This document shows, one piece after another, positions 18,151 through 27,686 of a DNA stretch of 47,068 nucleotides. Position 1 is the stretch's first letter. The number at the start of each line of letters is the position of its first letter. The notes beneath the pieces are model-generated. The model had not been told where the DNA came from, did not search any database, and worked only from the letters and a program-made list of their open reading frames with translations. The DNA is taken from NCBI GenBank assembly GCA_022707705.1, contig JAKJAC010000009.1:373-47440 (forward strand), read 5' to 3'. This stretch comes from Chloroflexota bacterium. GTDB taxonomy: Bacteria; Chloroflexota; Anaerolineae; B4-G1; SLSP01. The position numbers were made by a program, and so were the translations under genes.

Positions 18151-19311
18151 ATGATGCACGTCATAGTCTTGGGTGTGGGTCGGGTAGGGCAGGCGATGGT
18201 CAAGGACCTGGCGCAAGATGGCGGGCTTACTATCACCGCTGTTGATAACAATCTGATGGCATTGGTTGCTTTGGAAGGTGTCCCGCAAGTGCAAACACTC
18301 CACGCTGACCTGCGAGATTCCAGAGGCGTGCCTGCATTGATCGCCGATGCGGACCTGGTTATCTGCGCGGTGCCGGGCTTTATGGGTTTCGAGACGTTGC
18401 GAACCGTTATCGCTGCCGGAAAGCACGCGGTGGATATTTCCTTCTTTGAGGAAGACCCTTTTTTGCTGGATGGATTGGCGCGGGACCACGGTGTCACCGC
18501 GGTGGTGGATTGTGGCGTTGCACCGGGTTTGTGCAACATCCTTGCCGGACATGTGGCAAGCGTGCTTGAACGCCTGGAACGATATGTTTGCTATGTCGGC
18601 GGACTTCCGCAGGTGCGCCAATGGCCCTATGAGTACAAGGCGGTCTTTTCGCCGATTGACGTACTTGAGGAATATACCCGCCCGGCGCGCTTTGTCGAAT
18701 ACGGGCGTGAGGTGGTGCGTCCGGCGCTTTCTGACCCGGAGTTGCTGGATTTTCCCGGCATTGGGACGTTGGAAGCCTTTAATACCGACGGATTACGTAC
18801 TCTGCAACGCACGCTAACCGCGCCCTTTATGAAGGAGAAGACCTTGCGTTATCCCGGTCACGCCGAATTGATGCGCGTGTTCCGCGAGACGGGGCTTTTT
18901 GACAAGACTTCAGTGGAGGTTGAGGGAATCTCAGTGCGCCCAATCGCATTGACCTCCAGGTTGCTCTTCGAACGCTGGCAGCTACAGGCAGGAGAGCAAG
19001 ATTTCACGGTCATGCAAGTGATCCTTGAAGGCGAACAAAAGGGGCGGCAGTTCCGTTATACTTATGAGTTATTGGACCATTACGACGTGATAACCCAGAC
19101 GACTTCGATGGCGCGCACGACGGGCTACACTGCTGCCATCATTGCCCGGCAGGTGTTGCGGGGGCAATTCGCCCAGCGAGGCATCTGCCCACCGGAAAAC
19201 ATCGGTCGTGATGCTGCCTGTTATGCCGACCTGCTGGCGGAATATTCACGGCGAAACATACTAGTCCGTGAAACCGTGGCGACGCTTGAGGCCTCCGATT
19301 TGCACGTCTGA
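18151..19311 (+). CDS. saccharopine dehydrogenase family NAD(P)-binding protein
   Basis: The N-terminal Rossmann motif is MHVIVLGVGRVGQAMVKDL, and the rest matches the saccharopine dehydrogenase C-terminal-like region. ATGATG at 18151/18154 follows GGGGGG. The ORF-track start at 18133 is a GTG extension. Confidence 0.7.
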   Translation: MMHVIVLGVGRVGQAMVKDLAQDGGLTITAVDNNLMALVALEGVPQVQTLHADLRDSRGVPALIADADLVICAVPGFMGFETLRTVIAAGKHAVDISFFEEDPFLLDGLARDHGVTAVVDCGVAPGLCNILAGHVASVLERLERYVCYVGGLPQVRQWPYEYKAVFSPIDVLEEYTRPARFVEYGREVVRPALSDPELLDFPGIGTLEAFNTDGLRTLQRTLTAPFMKEKTLRYPGHAELMRVFRETGLFDKTSVEVEGISVRPIALTSRLLFERWQLQAGEQDFTVMQVILEGEQKGRQFRYTYELLDHYDVITQTTSMARTTGYTAAIIARQVLRGQFAQRGICPPENIGRDAACYADLLAEYSRRNILVRETVATLEASDLHV

Positions 19312-19336
19312 TTGTCTGGTTTGAACAGGGGATGAA

Positions 19337-20133
19337 ATGGACACTATTCCAGCTATCGAAACCGCACAGCTCACCCGGCGTTACAACGGCTTAATCGCCG
19401 TCAACCGCTTGAACCTCACCGTACCGCGTGGGATCATTTTTGGCTTCCTCGGTCCCAATGGCGCGGGCAAATCTACTACAATTCGCATGTTGACTGGTAT
19501 GCTCCCCCCACTGAGGGCACGGCGCGGGTGGGGGGCTTTGACATCCGCGCGCAATCCCTGGAGGTAAAGCGCCGCATTGGTGTGGCGCCCGAAGAATTGG
19601 GACTTTATGAGCGGTTGACCGTTGTGGAGCAACTTGAACTCGTGGGGAGGCTCTACGGTTTACCCTCTGCGGAGCTTGCCCGGCGTGTCCCTTCGTTGCT
19701 GGAGCTGCTGGGGTTGGCAGATAGCGCAGACAAGCTGATTCTTGATTATTCGCAGGGAATGCGCAAGAAGGCGGCTTTGGCGTGTGCCCTAATTCACACG
19801 CCCGAAATTCTCTTTCTGGATGAGCCTTTCCAGAGCATTGATCCTATCGCGACCAAGGCGCTCAAGGAAGTGCTCCGCGATATGGTGCAGCGACGTGGTA
19901 CGACCATTTTCTTCTCTACCCACGTGATGGAGTTGGCGGAGCGTTTCTGCGATGAGGTGGGCATCATCCATAAGGGGCAGCTGCTTACCGTCGGCGGCGT
20001 TGCCGATTTGCGCGCGCGCGCGGGCTTGTCGGAGTCTGCCTCGCTGGAGGACGTCTTTGTCCGCATCGTGGGCGGTGAGGAAGAGGATGGCGCCTTGCTC
20101 GGTTGGCTTACCGGAACGGAGGGGACACTTTAG
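19337..20133 (+). pseudogene. ABC transporter ATP-binding protein interrupted by a frameshift in a C6 homopolymer
   Basis: ORF 19337-19567 carries Walker A (GPNGAGKST). ORF 19528-20133 carries the signature motif (YSQGMRKK), Walker B (ILFLDEP) and the H-loop. The expected junction, [19 protein letters not shown], needs one extra C in the run at 19504-19509. Confidence 0.75.
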
Positions 20134-20135
20134 CG

Positions 20136-21815
20136 ATGGGGATTTTCGCTGAGGTCAAGACGCTTTTCTGGTTGCAGTGGCGGCTCACCCGTGCCATGTT
20201 CCGCAGTCGACGCTTTGCGGACCGAGCGCAAATGTTGCGTTTGGTGTTGACCCTCGTGCAGCTGGTCTTTACACTGCCCTTCTTCATCGCTATGGGGATT
20301 GGTGTGGCAGTGGGTTTGGCGCTACTCTCTCCTGGGGCAGCGCTGGAAATGGCGATGGTGGGGAATACGTTTCTATTGCTTCTGTGGCTGTTACTGCCGG
20401 CTTCACAGAGTTCCCAGATGGTGGAACGCTTCGAGATGTCGCGCCTGTTCATTTACCCGGTGAGTTTCCGTGGACTTATTGCAGGCAGTACGCTTATGTC
20501 GCTCCTGAGCCTGACCGGGCTTTGGACAGTACCCTTGCTTTTGGGTGAGGTTGTTGGATTGGCATGGCATGCTCCCCTGGCGTTCCCATTGATTCTGATT
20601 GGGGTGCTGCCGCTCTTTGCTTTGCTCACGCTAAGTGGTCGCATTATGGAGGACCTCTTTGACCTGGTCTCCGGTGACCGGCGGTTGCGCGCTATTGCCA
20701 TGACTTTGCTGACTCTGCCTTTCATTGCGTTGTGGCTAGGGCAATACGCCGTGCAGTTCTACGTGAATCGTATGGATACTCCACCCGATTTTTTGATGCC
20801 GCTGATCACTTCTCTGGAGGGTGTTCCCAACTTCAGTGCGGCTGTGGAGATCCTGCGCCCTTCGCGCTGGCTACTTTGGTTACCGCCCGGTTGGGCGACT
20901 GCCGGTATGGGTATGGTGGTGAAAGGGGATTGGGCAGGTGTGCTCTTCTTTCTGCCACTCTCTTTCCTGGCGGTTGGGGGTTTGCTCTGGTTGCATGCAG
21001 GTGTCACCCGCCGGTTGATGGATGGTGCAGCTTTAACCCTGGGCGCTCAGCGCGTGCGTAGCCGGCGGCTCGGGATTGCGTTGCCCGGTCCCGAGGCATT
21101 CTGGGCGCTCTTCCATAAGGATTGGGTTCATCTGACCCGCAATCCCATTCCCCGCCGCTTGCTCTTCTCTTCCATAGTCATGATTGTGGCGCTGAGCTTC
21201 TCCTCCTTCACGATGTCGGAATCGGAGATGCCTCCTGATATGCAGTCCATTTTTGCCCTTGGCACATGGGGTTTTCTGATTGTGCTCCTTAATCTTATGG
21301 CGAATTCCGGTTTGCTGGGCAATTACTTCGGGGTTATTGATCGCGAGGGTTTTAGCACCTTGATGCTCTCGGGAATCGATAGGCGCTATATTCTGCTCTC
21401 TTCGGCGTTAGTGACCTCCATTTTTGCCTTGCTACAGGTACTGGTCGTCTCATTGGTGATAGCTGTCATCAACGGGCAGTGGATTCTGCTTCTACTGGGC
21501 ATGACGGCAGCACTAGTGCTGCAACTGAGCAGTATCCCCGCTTATCAACTGGCTTCCATCATCGGTCCCTACCGCATGCAGCTTAAGTTCAACAATCAAC
21601 GACAGGGTGGGAATATGTGGTCAATGTTGGCGTGGATTGCCTCACTACCTCCGGTTGGATTGTTGATTGCGCTGCCCTACGTGTTGTGGCGTCCGGCATT
21701 GTGGATCACGATCCCCGTGGCGCTGCTTTATGGCGTTGGGATCAATGTGCTGACCATCAATGCGCTGGCGAAGTTCCTACAAAGGCGCGAGGATGTAATT
21801 TTGGAGGCGGAGTAG
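20136..21815 (+). CDS. polytopic membrane protein, putative ABC-exporter permease partner
   Basis: The product is about 560 aa with many hydrophobic helices. The gene starts 3 nt after the ATPase stop. The ATG at 20136 is preceded by GGAGGGG. No motif supports a more specific assignment. Confidence 0.5.
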   Translation: MGIFAEVKTLFWLQWRLTRAMFRSRRFADRAQMLRLVLTLVQLVFTLPFFIAMGIGVAVGLALLSPGAALEMAMVGNTFLLLLWLLLPASQSSQMVERFEMSRLFIYPVSFRGLIAGSTLMSLLSLTGLWTVPLLLGEVVGLAWHAPLAFPLILIGVLPLFALLTLSGRIMEDLFDLVSGDRRLRAIAMTLLTLPFIALWLGQYAVQFYVNRMDTPPDFLMPLITSLEGVPNFSAAVEILRPSRWLLWLPPGWATAGMGMVVKGDWAGVLFFLPLSFLAVGGLLWLHAGVTRRLMDGAALTLGAQRVRSRRLGIALPGPEAFWALFHKDWVHLTRNPIPRRLLFSSIVMIVALSFSSFTMSESEMPPDMQSIFALGTWGFLIVLLNLMANSGLLGNYFGVIDREGFSTLMLSGIDRRYILLSSALVTSIFALLQVLVVSLVIAVINGQWILLLLGMTAALVLQLSSIPAYQLASIIGPYRMQLKFNNQRQGGNMWSMLAWIASLPPVGLLIALPYVLWRPALWITIPVALLYGVGINVLTINALAKFLQRREDVILEAE

Positions 21816-21821
21816 TGCGGT

Positions 21822-22868
21822 TCATTTGGCTTGCGCCCGCAGCTGCCCGCAGCCTGCAGCGATGGCGCCACCTCGTCGCTGCCGCATCGTATGCGGAATC
21901 CCAGCGGCATCCAGTACGGCAATGAAGGCTTCTACGGCTGAGGGTGTTGCAGGTTGCTCGGCGTAGCCAGGCGTTGGATTCAAGAGGATAAGGTTGATGT
22001 GTGCAGGGAGTCCTTCTACCAGTGTTACCAGCGCTTCGGCTTGGGTGGGGCTGTCATTGACCCCAGCAATCAGTGCCCATTCCAGCATCACCCGGCGACC
22101 GGTGTGTCCTGCGTAGGCGCGCGCTGCTTCGAAGAGCATCCCGAGAGGATAGCGCCGGTTGATCGGCATCAGCTGTTCCCGTAGCGCATCGGTGGCGGCG
22201 TGGAGTGAAATTGCCAGATTGACGCCCAACCCCTCTACCGCAAAACGCTCAATGCCGGGCACAATGCCTGCGGTGCTTACCGTGATGCGTCGCGGCGGGA
22301 ATCCCATCCCCTGCGGGTCGAGTAACTGTCGCAGCGCGGCGACTGTGGCATCATAGTTAAGGAATGGCTCTCCCATTCCCATCAGTACCAGATTACTGAG
22401 GCTCTCTCCCTGCGCGGCAAGCTCTCGTTGGAAGTGCAACACTTGCGCCACAATCTCCCCCGGCGTGAGCTGTCGCACGAAGCCCATTCCCCCCGTGGCG
22501 CAGAAGACACAGCCACAGGCGCAGCCTACCTGTGTGGAGATACACGCGCTGCGCCGCTGCCGGTAACGCAACAATACTACCTCTATGTGTTGCCTATCAG
22601 CGAGCTCGAGCAGGTCTTTGCGTGTTGCTCCATCAGGCGCTTCCAGGCGCCCTACCACATGGGGAATATGCCACCGCACCTCCGCTGCCAGCTGCGCGCA
22701 GAGCGCCTCCGGCAGCGGCAGTGCTTCGAAACTCGCCACCCGTTGACGGTAGAGTGCATGCCATAACTCTAGCGTCAGAGAGCGTGGCGCACCCCAGCGC
22801 GCCAGTAGCTCTCCCAGCGCTTCACGGTTCAGGTCATAAAGATCAGGTTTTTGTGTGTCCGATAGCAT
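21822..22868 (-). CDS. rlmN: 23S rRNA (adenine2503-C2)-methyltransferase, radical SAM RlmN/Cfr family
   Basis: The radical-SAM motif CACGCVFCATG is present, along with LSNLVLMGMGEPFLNY, ITVSTAGIVPGI and LAISLHA. The ORF extends to 23015, but the RlmN-like N-terminus (MLSDTQKPDLYDLNREAL) starts at the ATG at 22868. The start is uncertain. Confidence 0.8.
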   Translation of the reverse strand: MLSDTQKPDLYDLNREALGELLARWGAPRSLTLELWHALYRQRVASFEALPLPEALCAQLAAEVRWHIPHVVGRLEAPDGATRKDLLELADRQHIEVVLLRYRQRRSACISTQVGCACGCVFCATGGMGFVRQLTPGEIVAQVLHFQRELAAQGESLSNLVLMGMGEPFLNYDATVAALRQLLDPQGMGFPPRRITVSTAGIVPGIERFAVEGLGVNLAISLHAATDALREQLMPINRRYPLGMLFEAARAYAGHTGRRVMLEWALIAGVNDSPTQAEALVTLVEGLPAHINLILLNPTPGYAEQPATPSAVEAFIAVLDAAGIPHTMRQRRGGAIAAGCGQLRAQAK

Positions 22869-23183
22869 ATAGCCGTGATTATACCAGCATTCAGCCAGTA
22901 CCTGATTGGCTGCTCCCTCTAGTTTCCCTGAGGGATGCATCCGGGCGTACGGACCGTGCCCCAATACCTTCACAAGAGACTCTCTCGGTGTAGCAGAACC
23001 ACTGTTAATTTTCATCAGTCATTTATTGTATACTCCAAATCGGGTTTGCATCGCGACAAAAAGTGATGTAAACTACACCTGTGAATCTTCTCCTTCTGCG
23101 TTACATCGCTCATCCCAGGTTCGAATCTGCGCTCTGAGCTTCTGGCTTTGTGATACTGAGCAAGCAATTTGGGGGATCTTACG

Positions 23184-24179
23184 ATGCATCTCAATCTGCG
23201 TGTGTCTGTGTCCCTATTGACTTTCATCATTCTCGTGATCTTACCCTTGACCGGATGTGAGGGTGCCGGATCGCAGATGACTTTCGCGATCCTCAATGAA
23301 GCGAGCGTTCTCGATGCCGCAACAGGCAAACTCTGTTTTGATTTTCGCTTGATTAATGCTGAAGGTGCAGTGGTGCGTGATGTGACCGATTTCCAGTATA
23401 AAGAGGATGATGAGGAAATCAGCCAGTACGAAGCTGCCACTGGTCCCGCACATTTCTTCGATGCGTATGCCACCACGTTGCTTTTGCTCGATGTCAGCGG
23501 GGGTATCGTTAATTCGATGAATCTGGATAGTCTTCGGCAGGTCGCCTGGCAGTTTATCAGCTCTACATCAGTAGCCAACACAAGCCCCCAAAATAACCAA
23601 TTTGCAGTCTTTACCTTCGATGGTTCTCGCGATATACTTGAGATCATCACCTATACCAATTCCCTGCCCGCATTGGACGGCGCTATCAAGGGGATTAATG
23701 AGGCTTGTATGCGGGATTGTTCATCAAATCTTCACGGTGCAGTGATGAAGGCTATGGACGATCTGGAAAAGAGAGTGGGTAAGGAGACCTACGGGGCGCG
23801 GTTGGTTGTCATCTCAGATTTTCATCACCGGGCAGGCGTAGATGGGGTGGATTATCCTGCTTGGGAAACGGTCGCGGAGCGCATCAAGGCATCCCATCTT
23901 TCGTTTTTCGCTATAGGTATTGGACCAGAGATTGATGAAAAGATCATGAATGCCATTGGGCGCGATGGCGCTAAAAAGATGGGTGCTTCGATGCGGGATT
24001 TGGAGCAGCACTTCGCGCAGTGGCATCAGGAGAACCAGCGCTATCGGGTATGTTACTGCAGTCCGGCGCGCGCCGGCAAGCATAATTTCATTATCGTGGC
24101 GAAAAAGGAGGGGCGCACCGCGACCTACACATATCCTTTCGAAGCCAACGCGAACTTCGTGCACTGCAAAATCCCGTAG
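23184..24179 (+). CDS. lipoprotein with a von Willebrand factor A-like domain
   Basis: A signal peptide is followed by the lipobox LPLTGC. The vWA strand pattern is LLLLDVSGG, FAVFTFDGS, SSNLHGAV, LVVISDF and FFAIGIG. GGGGGA lies 7 nt before the ATG at 23184. Confidence 0.6.
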   Translation: MHLNLRVSVSLLTFIILVILPLTGCEGAGSQMTFAILNEASVLDAATGKLCFDFRLINAEGAVVRDVTDFQYKEDDEEISQYEAATGPAHFFDAYATTLLLLDVSGGIVNSMNLDSLRQVAWQFISSTSVANTSPQNNQFAVFTFDGSRDILEIITYTNSLPALDGAIKGINEACMRDCSSNLHGAVMKAMDDLEKRVGKETYGARLVVISDFHHRAGVDGVDYPAWETVAERIKASHLSFFAIGIGPEIDEKIMNAIGRDGAKKMGASMRDLEQHFAQWHQENQRYRVCYCSPARAGKHNFIIVAKKEGRTATYTYPFEANANFVHCKIP

Positions 24180-24231
24180 AGGTCGCGGGGTGCGAGCGTA
24201 ACGCGAGAACTTCAACTTTTGGAGAACGATC

Positions 24232-26292
24232 ATGAACGCTTTTGGGCGGATTTTCGTGATTATGGCGGTGAGCCTGATCTTGGCGGGCGCTTTTGCGGTG
24301 CTACCCGCGCTGATGTTGGCCCCAGAACCTCCGGCGCTGCTGAGAATAGAGGTTCCCTCTGCAGGTCTCCTGGAGCAGTTGGCAGCGCTCGATGTGCCTG
24401 CGCACGCTCTCCTGGCGGATTCACAGGGACACATGGTTTTGCTCGCGGTCCTTGCACCGGAGCAGCAACGCCTTGCGCGCGCGACAGGAGCGCGCATCAC
24501 CATCCTCGATACGGACGCCCGTGGCGCTATCTACTATCTGGTAGAGAGTGACGCTTCATCTCTGAGAGAACGCAGTAGCACTTCTGTACTGAGGCTGCTT
24601 TACGCCGATGATCGCCAGGTGGTGATTCGATTGCGTTCAGACAGCGCTCTGGCAGACCTGGAAGCGCTTGGTGCGCGGTTCTCCCGCCTGGGTCCAGACC
24701 CCATTGCACTCAGTTTTCCCATGACCGGCGCGATTCCGACCACCATCCCCTACGACCCGCTGGTAGCAAATCTGATTGCCCAGATCACCCACACAACCTT
24801 GCTCACCGAGGTCGGAGGTCTGAGCGGCGAGCGGGATATTCCTGTGGGAGGCGTTCCCTATCGTTTGCTTACGCGCTACACCTATAGTGGTACCCCGGTT
24901 GCCAGAGCTACCCAGTACGTCTATGAGCGACTGCAAGCGTTGGGTTACAGTGTGAATTATCATCGTTACACACTCAGCGGTTACTCGTTGCGTAACGTCA
25001 TTGCCGAAAAACCGGGTCGTGTTACGCCGGAGCGTATCGTCTTGCTCACAGCGCATTTGGATTCCCGCTCCGTTACTTCACCTCACAACCCCGCTCCTGG
25101 CGCGGATGATAATGCTAGCGGTTGCGCCGCTCTGCTCCAGGTTGCCGAACTTCTCGCCGATACGGATTTCGCCTTCACTATTCGTTTCGCCTTTTTCACT
25201 GGTGAGGAGCAGGGCATGTACGGTAGCTATTATTACGCCGCTGCTGTGGCTGCAGCACAGGAGCATATTATCGGAGTGCTCAATCTCGATATGGTCGCTT
25301 GGGATGCGGTGGAGGGACCCGATATTGACCTTCACACTCACCTACCGGCTGTTGAGGATGATTCTGACCGACTGGCAGCGTTATTTGCTTCGGTTGTCCA
25401 GGCGTATTCCCTGGACCTGGCGCCGCAGATTGTGGAGAATGGCACACGATTCTCCGACCACTCGCGCTTCTGGGACCGGGGGTATGCAGCGTTGTTGCTG
25501 ATTGAGGATTACTACAATCCCTCTGAGGTCGCTGCTGAACCACGTGACTGGAACCCTAACTATCACACGGTCAATGATCGTCTCAGCACTCTCAACGGTG
25601 ATTATTTCCGTGAGTTTGCACGGGCTTCGATGGCGACGTTTGTGCATCTTGCGGAGCCGATGCGCACAATCAGCGGCACGGTGACTGCTGTTGACACGAG
25701 CGTGCCGCTTACGGCTACGGTGACAGCTGCCGGCAGCTGGGGTGTCTTTTCCAGTGAAACGACATCCGGTACCTATGTGCTCTCGTTACCTGCTGGTGTG
25801 TTCACGGTCACCGCGGAGGCGAGTGGTTTCTTTTCGCAGACCATTACGGCTTTTAGTGTGCTTACCGGCACCGGCGCCCGGTTGGATTTTGCCCTGACGC
25901 CTCTTGCACCGCCTCCATCGTATCGCTTCGAGCTACAGAGCGCCGGCGCTACCTTGGGAGATCCCGGCGACCTGGTGACCCATACGGTGACTATCGCCAA
26001 TACCGGCACGCTTAGCGATACCTATGCTCTAGAGCTTGGCGCGGCGGTATTCACGAGCACTTTGCCCATGACCCTAACCGACTGGCTCTCGCCTGGGTAT
26101 GTGTTGACTGCGTCAGTGCAGGTGCAGCTGCCGCTCTCTTCCACCCTTACACATGACGTTGTTACCCTCACTGTAAGTTCCGTGATGAGTCCTGCACATA
26201 CGACAACGCTGCCGCTCCGGACAGCCTTCATTGTGGGGCGGGTTTATTTGCCGGTTGTGTTGCGTTTTGCGATGGCGTCTGAATCACGCTAG
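24232..26292 (+). CDS. M28-family aminopeptidase with C-terminal beta-sandwich (CarboxypepD_reg-like / CARDB-like) domains
   Basis: There is an N-terminal signal anchor. M28 metal-ligand blocks are LLTAHLDSRS, GADDNASGCAALL, FAFFTGEEQGMYGS and FSDHSRFW. The C-terminal repeats read TISGTVTAVD...YVLSLPAGVFTV. Confidence 0.8.
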   Translation: MNAFGRIFVIMAVSLILAGAFAVLPALMLAPEPPALLRIEVPSAGLLEQLAALDVPAHALLADSQGHMVLLAVLAPEQQRLARATGARITILDTDARGAIYYLVESDASSLRERSSTSVLRLLYADDRQVVIRLRSDSALADLEALGARFSRLGPDPIALSFPMTGAIPTTIPYDPLVANLIAQITHTTLLTEVGGLSGERDIPVGGVPYRLLTRYTYSGTPVARATQYVYERLQALGYSVNYHRYTLSGYSLRNVIAEKPGRVTPERIVLLTAHLDSRSVTSPHNPAPGADDNASGCAALLQVAELLADTDFAFTIRFAFFTGEEQGMYGSYYYAAAVAAAQEHIIGVLNLDMVAWDAVEGPDIDLHTHLPAVEDDSDRLAALFASVVQAYSLDLAPQIVENGTRFSDHSRFWDRGYAALLLIEDYYNPSEVAAEPRDWNPNYHTVNDRLSTLNGDYFREFARASMATFVHLAEPMRTISGTVTAVDTSVPLTATVTAAGSWGVFSSETTSGTYVLSLPAGVFTVTAEASGFFSQTITAFSVLTGTGARLDFALTPLAPPPSYRFELQSAGATLGDPGDLVTHTVTIANTGTLSDTYALELGAAVFTSTLPMTLTDWLSPGYVLTASVQVQLPLSSTLTHDVVTLTVSSVMSPAHTTTLPLRTAFIVGRVYLPVVLRFAMASESR

Positions 26293-26636
26293 CTCCGTAG
26301 CAGGCTCCGGGCGCGCCAGGTTCCCACAAGATTGCAAGCCTGATTATCGGTGAACTGCGCTCTCAGGAGGTATGGGGATGTTGGGTTGTGCGTAGTTCTT
26401 CAACGCTCAGCAGTGGTCCCCCGTAGCAAAGATTCTGCAGCAGAACCTTGAAGCGCCTGCGCCTATCTCATGGCGAAATCTGGTGCAATTGTTGCGTTTG
26501 CGCCGAAAGCCGGGATAAGCCCTCAGGTGGCTTTGCGCCGTAGCCCTGTTAGGGCACCAATGCACTGCACCTGATTTTCGGCCATCTCTACCGACAATGC
26601 CTGCCACCCTCTGGTTCATTGATTTATGACTCCGGA

Positions 26637-26665
26637 TTGACACCCTGCGCGCGTGATGTTATGAT
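26637..26665 (+). promoter_or_regulatory. sigma70-type promoter upstream of 26709
   Basis: TTGACA (26637-26642), a 17-nt spacer, then TATGAT (26660-26665). It lies about 40 nt upstream of the SD-led ATG. Confidence 0.6.
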
Positions 26666-26708
26666 GGGCGTCTGAAAGGTCACTCAGGTCCGAGACTGGA
26701 GAGTTTTC

Positions 26709-27677
26709 ATGCGATCCCGAAGATGCTCGCTCATCAGCCTGCTTTGCGGCTTATTCCTCAGTTTGCTTTTGCTGGCAGGTTGTGGTACGCCTACACCTCC
26801 CCCATCACCTACTATAACGCCGACATCCACGCCGACCCCGACGGCAACACTCACTCCCACGCCTACTCCAACTCCTACAGCGACCCCAACACCCACTCCG
26901 ACACCGGTGCCTGCTCTGGCGTTGATGTTACCTGACCTCAACGGCGTCTCGCCGCTGGAACCGTTCCCTCTCTCCGTGGTGTTGGAGCCACTTACAGAAG
27001 CTTCGGTCGCTGCTGCGACAAGCGCCGTGATCACTGCAACGGTTCGCGATCCCGGCGGAGCGGTTCTAGCCCTGTTGCCGCTGATTCTGGAGGAGGAAAC
27101 CCGCTACACGAGTGCGGCGCCGGTGGTTCTGCCTCTCGATATCCTATCCGGCACGTGGCAGGTTGCCATCACCGTCACCACTCCTATCGAGGTTCGCGGT
27201 GCGCAGCAACTCTTCTTCGAGCCTGAACGGGTGGCTTTCCATGATTTGGCGGACGTGTTGCTGCCCTCTGTGCGTATCCTCGTGCCGGCGGTATTCGAGG
27301 AGGTCGCCGTCCAGGGCGATGATTGGGCGGGCGGGCGTGTTTGGGAATATGCAAACAGCGAATTGGCGTTGTGGTGGGTTCCCGGTCCCACTGAGCCATT
27401 GCGTTCTGATATTGCCTGGGCGTTGATCGAATCCACCTACGAGCCTGATCGGCGGGGGGATCTGCCGGAAATCCTGGATTTTGAGGAAGGTCTGTGGGGC
27501 GAACGCCCGGCGTTCCGTTTCCGCGAAACGTGGCCCGGGCGTTCCGGCGGCGAAGCCACCGTGTGGGTCATTCAGAGCAAAGATTACCGGCTCTACCTGT
27601 TGCGCACGCGCCCCTTGGGCGGGCGCGTAGTCCATCCACTGGTAACGCGCGTTGCGGAGAGTTTCACCGTCGAGTGA
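26709..27677 (+). CDS. secreted lipoprotein of unknown function with a Thr/Pro linker
   Basis: A signal peptide ends in the lipobox LLLAGC, followed by about 40 residues of TP repeats. The C-terminal domain is not recognisable. GGAGAG lies upstream of the ATG. Confidence 0.6.
   Translation: MRSRRCSLISLLCGLFLSLLLLAGCGTPTPPPSPTITPTSTPTPTATLTPTPTPTPTATPTPTPTPVPALALMLPDLNGVSPLEPFPLSVVLEPLTEASVAAATSAVITATVRDPGGAVLALLPLILEEETRYTSAAPVVLPLDILSGTWQVAITVTTPIEVRGAQQLFFEPERVAFHDLADVLLPSVRILVPAVFEEVAVQGDDWAGGRVWEYANSELALWWVPGPTEPLRSDIAWALIESTYEPDRRGDLPEILDFEEGLWGERPAFRFRETWPGRSGGEATVWVIQSKDYRLYLLRTRPLGGRVVHPLVTRVAESFTVE
26787..26906 (+). repeat. low-complexity ACN-CCN (Thr-Pro) coding repeat
   Basis: It encodes TPTPPPSPTITPTSTPTPTATLTPTPTPTPTATPTPTPTP. 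Confidence 0.6.
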
Positions 27678-27686
27678 GAACAGGGA

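Noticed and set aside
17601-18245. A 214-aa plus-strand ORF spanning the IS right arm, the conserved hairpin element and the start of the saccharopine dehydrogenase-like gene
   Set aside because: It crosses the IS inverted repeat and the repeat element. It has no SD and an Arg/Gly/Cys-rich composition unlike a real protein. Its 3' end is explained by the properly SD-led gene starting at 18151.
19499-19530. Programmed ribosomal frameshifting in the ABC ATPase
   Set aside because: There is no recognisable slippery heptamer with a downstream stimulatory structure, and no known precedent for this gene family. A homopolymer length error or mutation is the simpler explanation, and it is reported as a finding to verify.
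23100-23140. GGTTCGAATC (23118-23127), which resembles a tRNA T-arm/T-loop, in the rlmN / vWA intergenic region
   Set aside because: The flanking bases do not form a 5-bp T-stem (CCAGG against CTGCG). I could not build an acceptor, D or anticodon arm on either strand. It is a chance match or at most a tiny relic.
26787-26906. The periodic ACN-CCN repeat as a non-coding tandem repeat or CRISPR-like array
   Set aside because: It lies in frame inside an SD-led lipoprotein ORF and encodes a Thr/Pro linker. It has no spacer structure.
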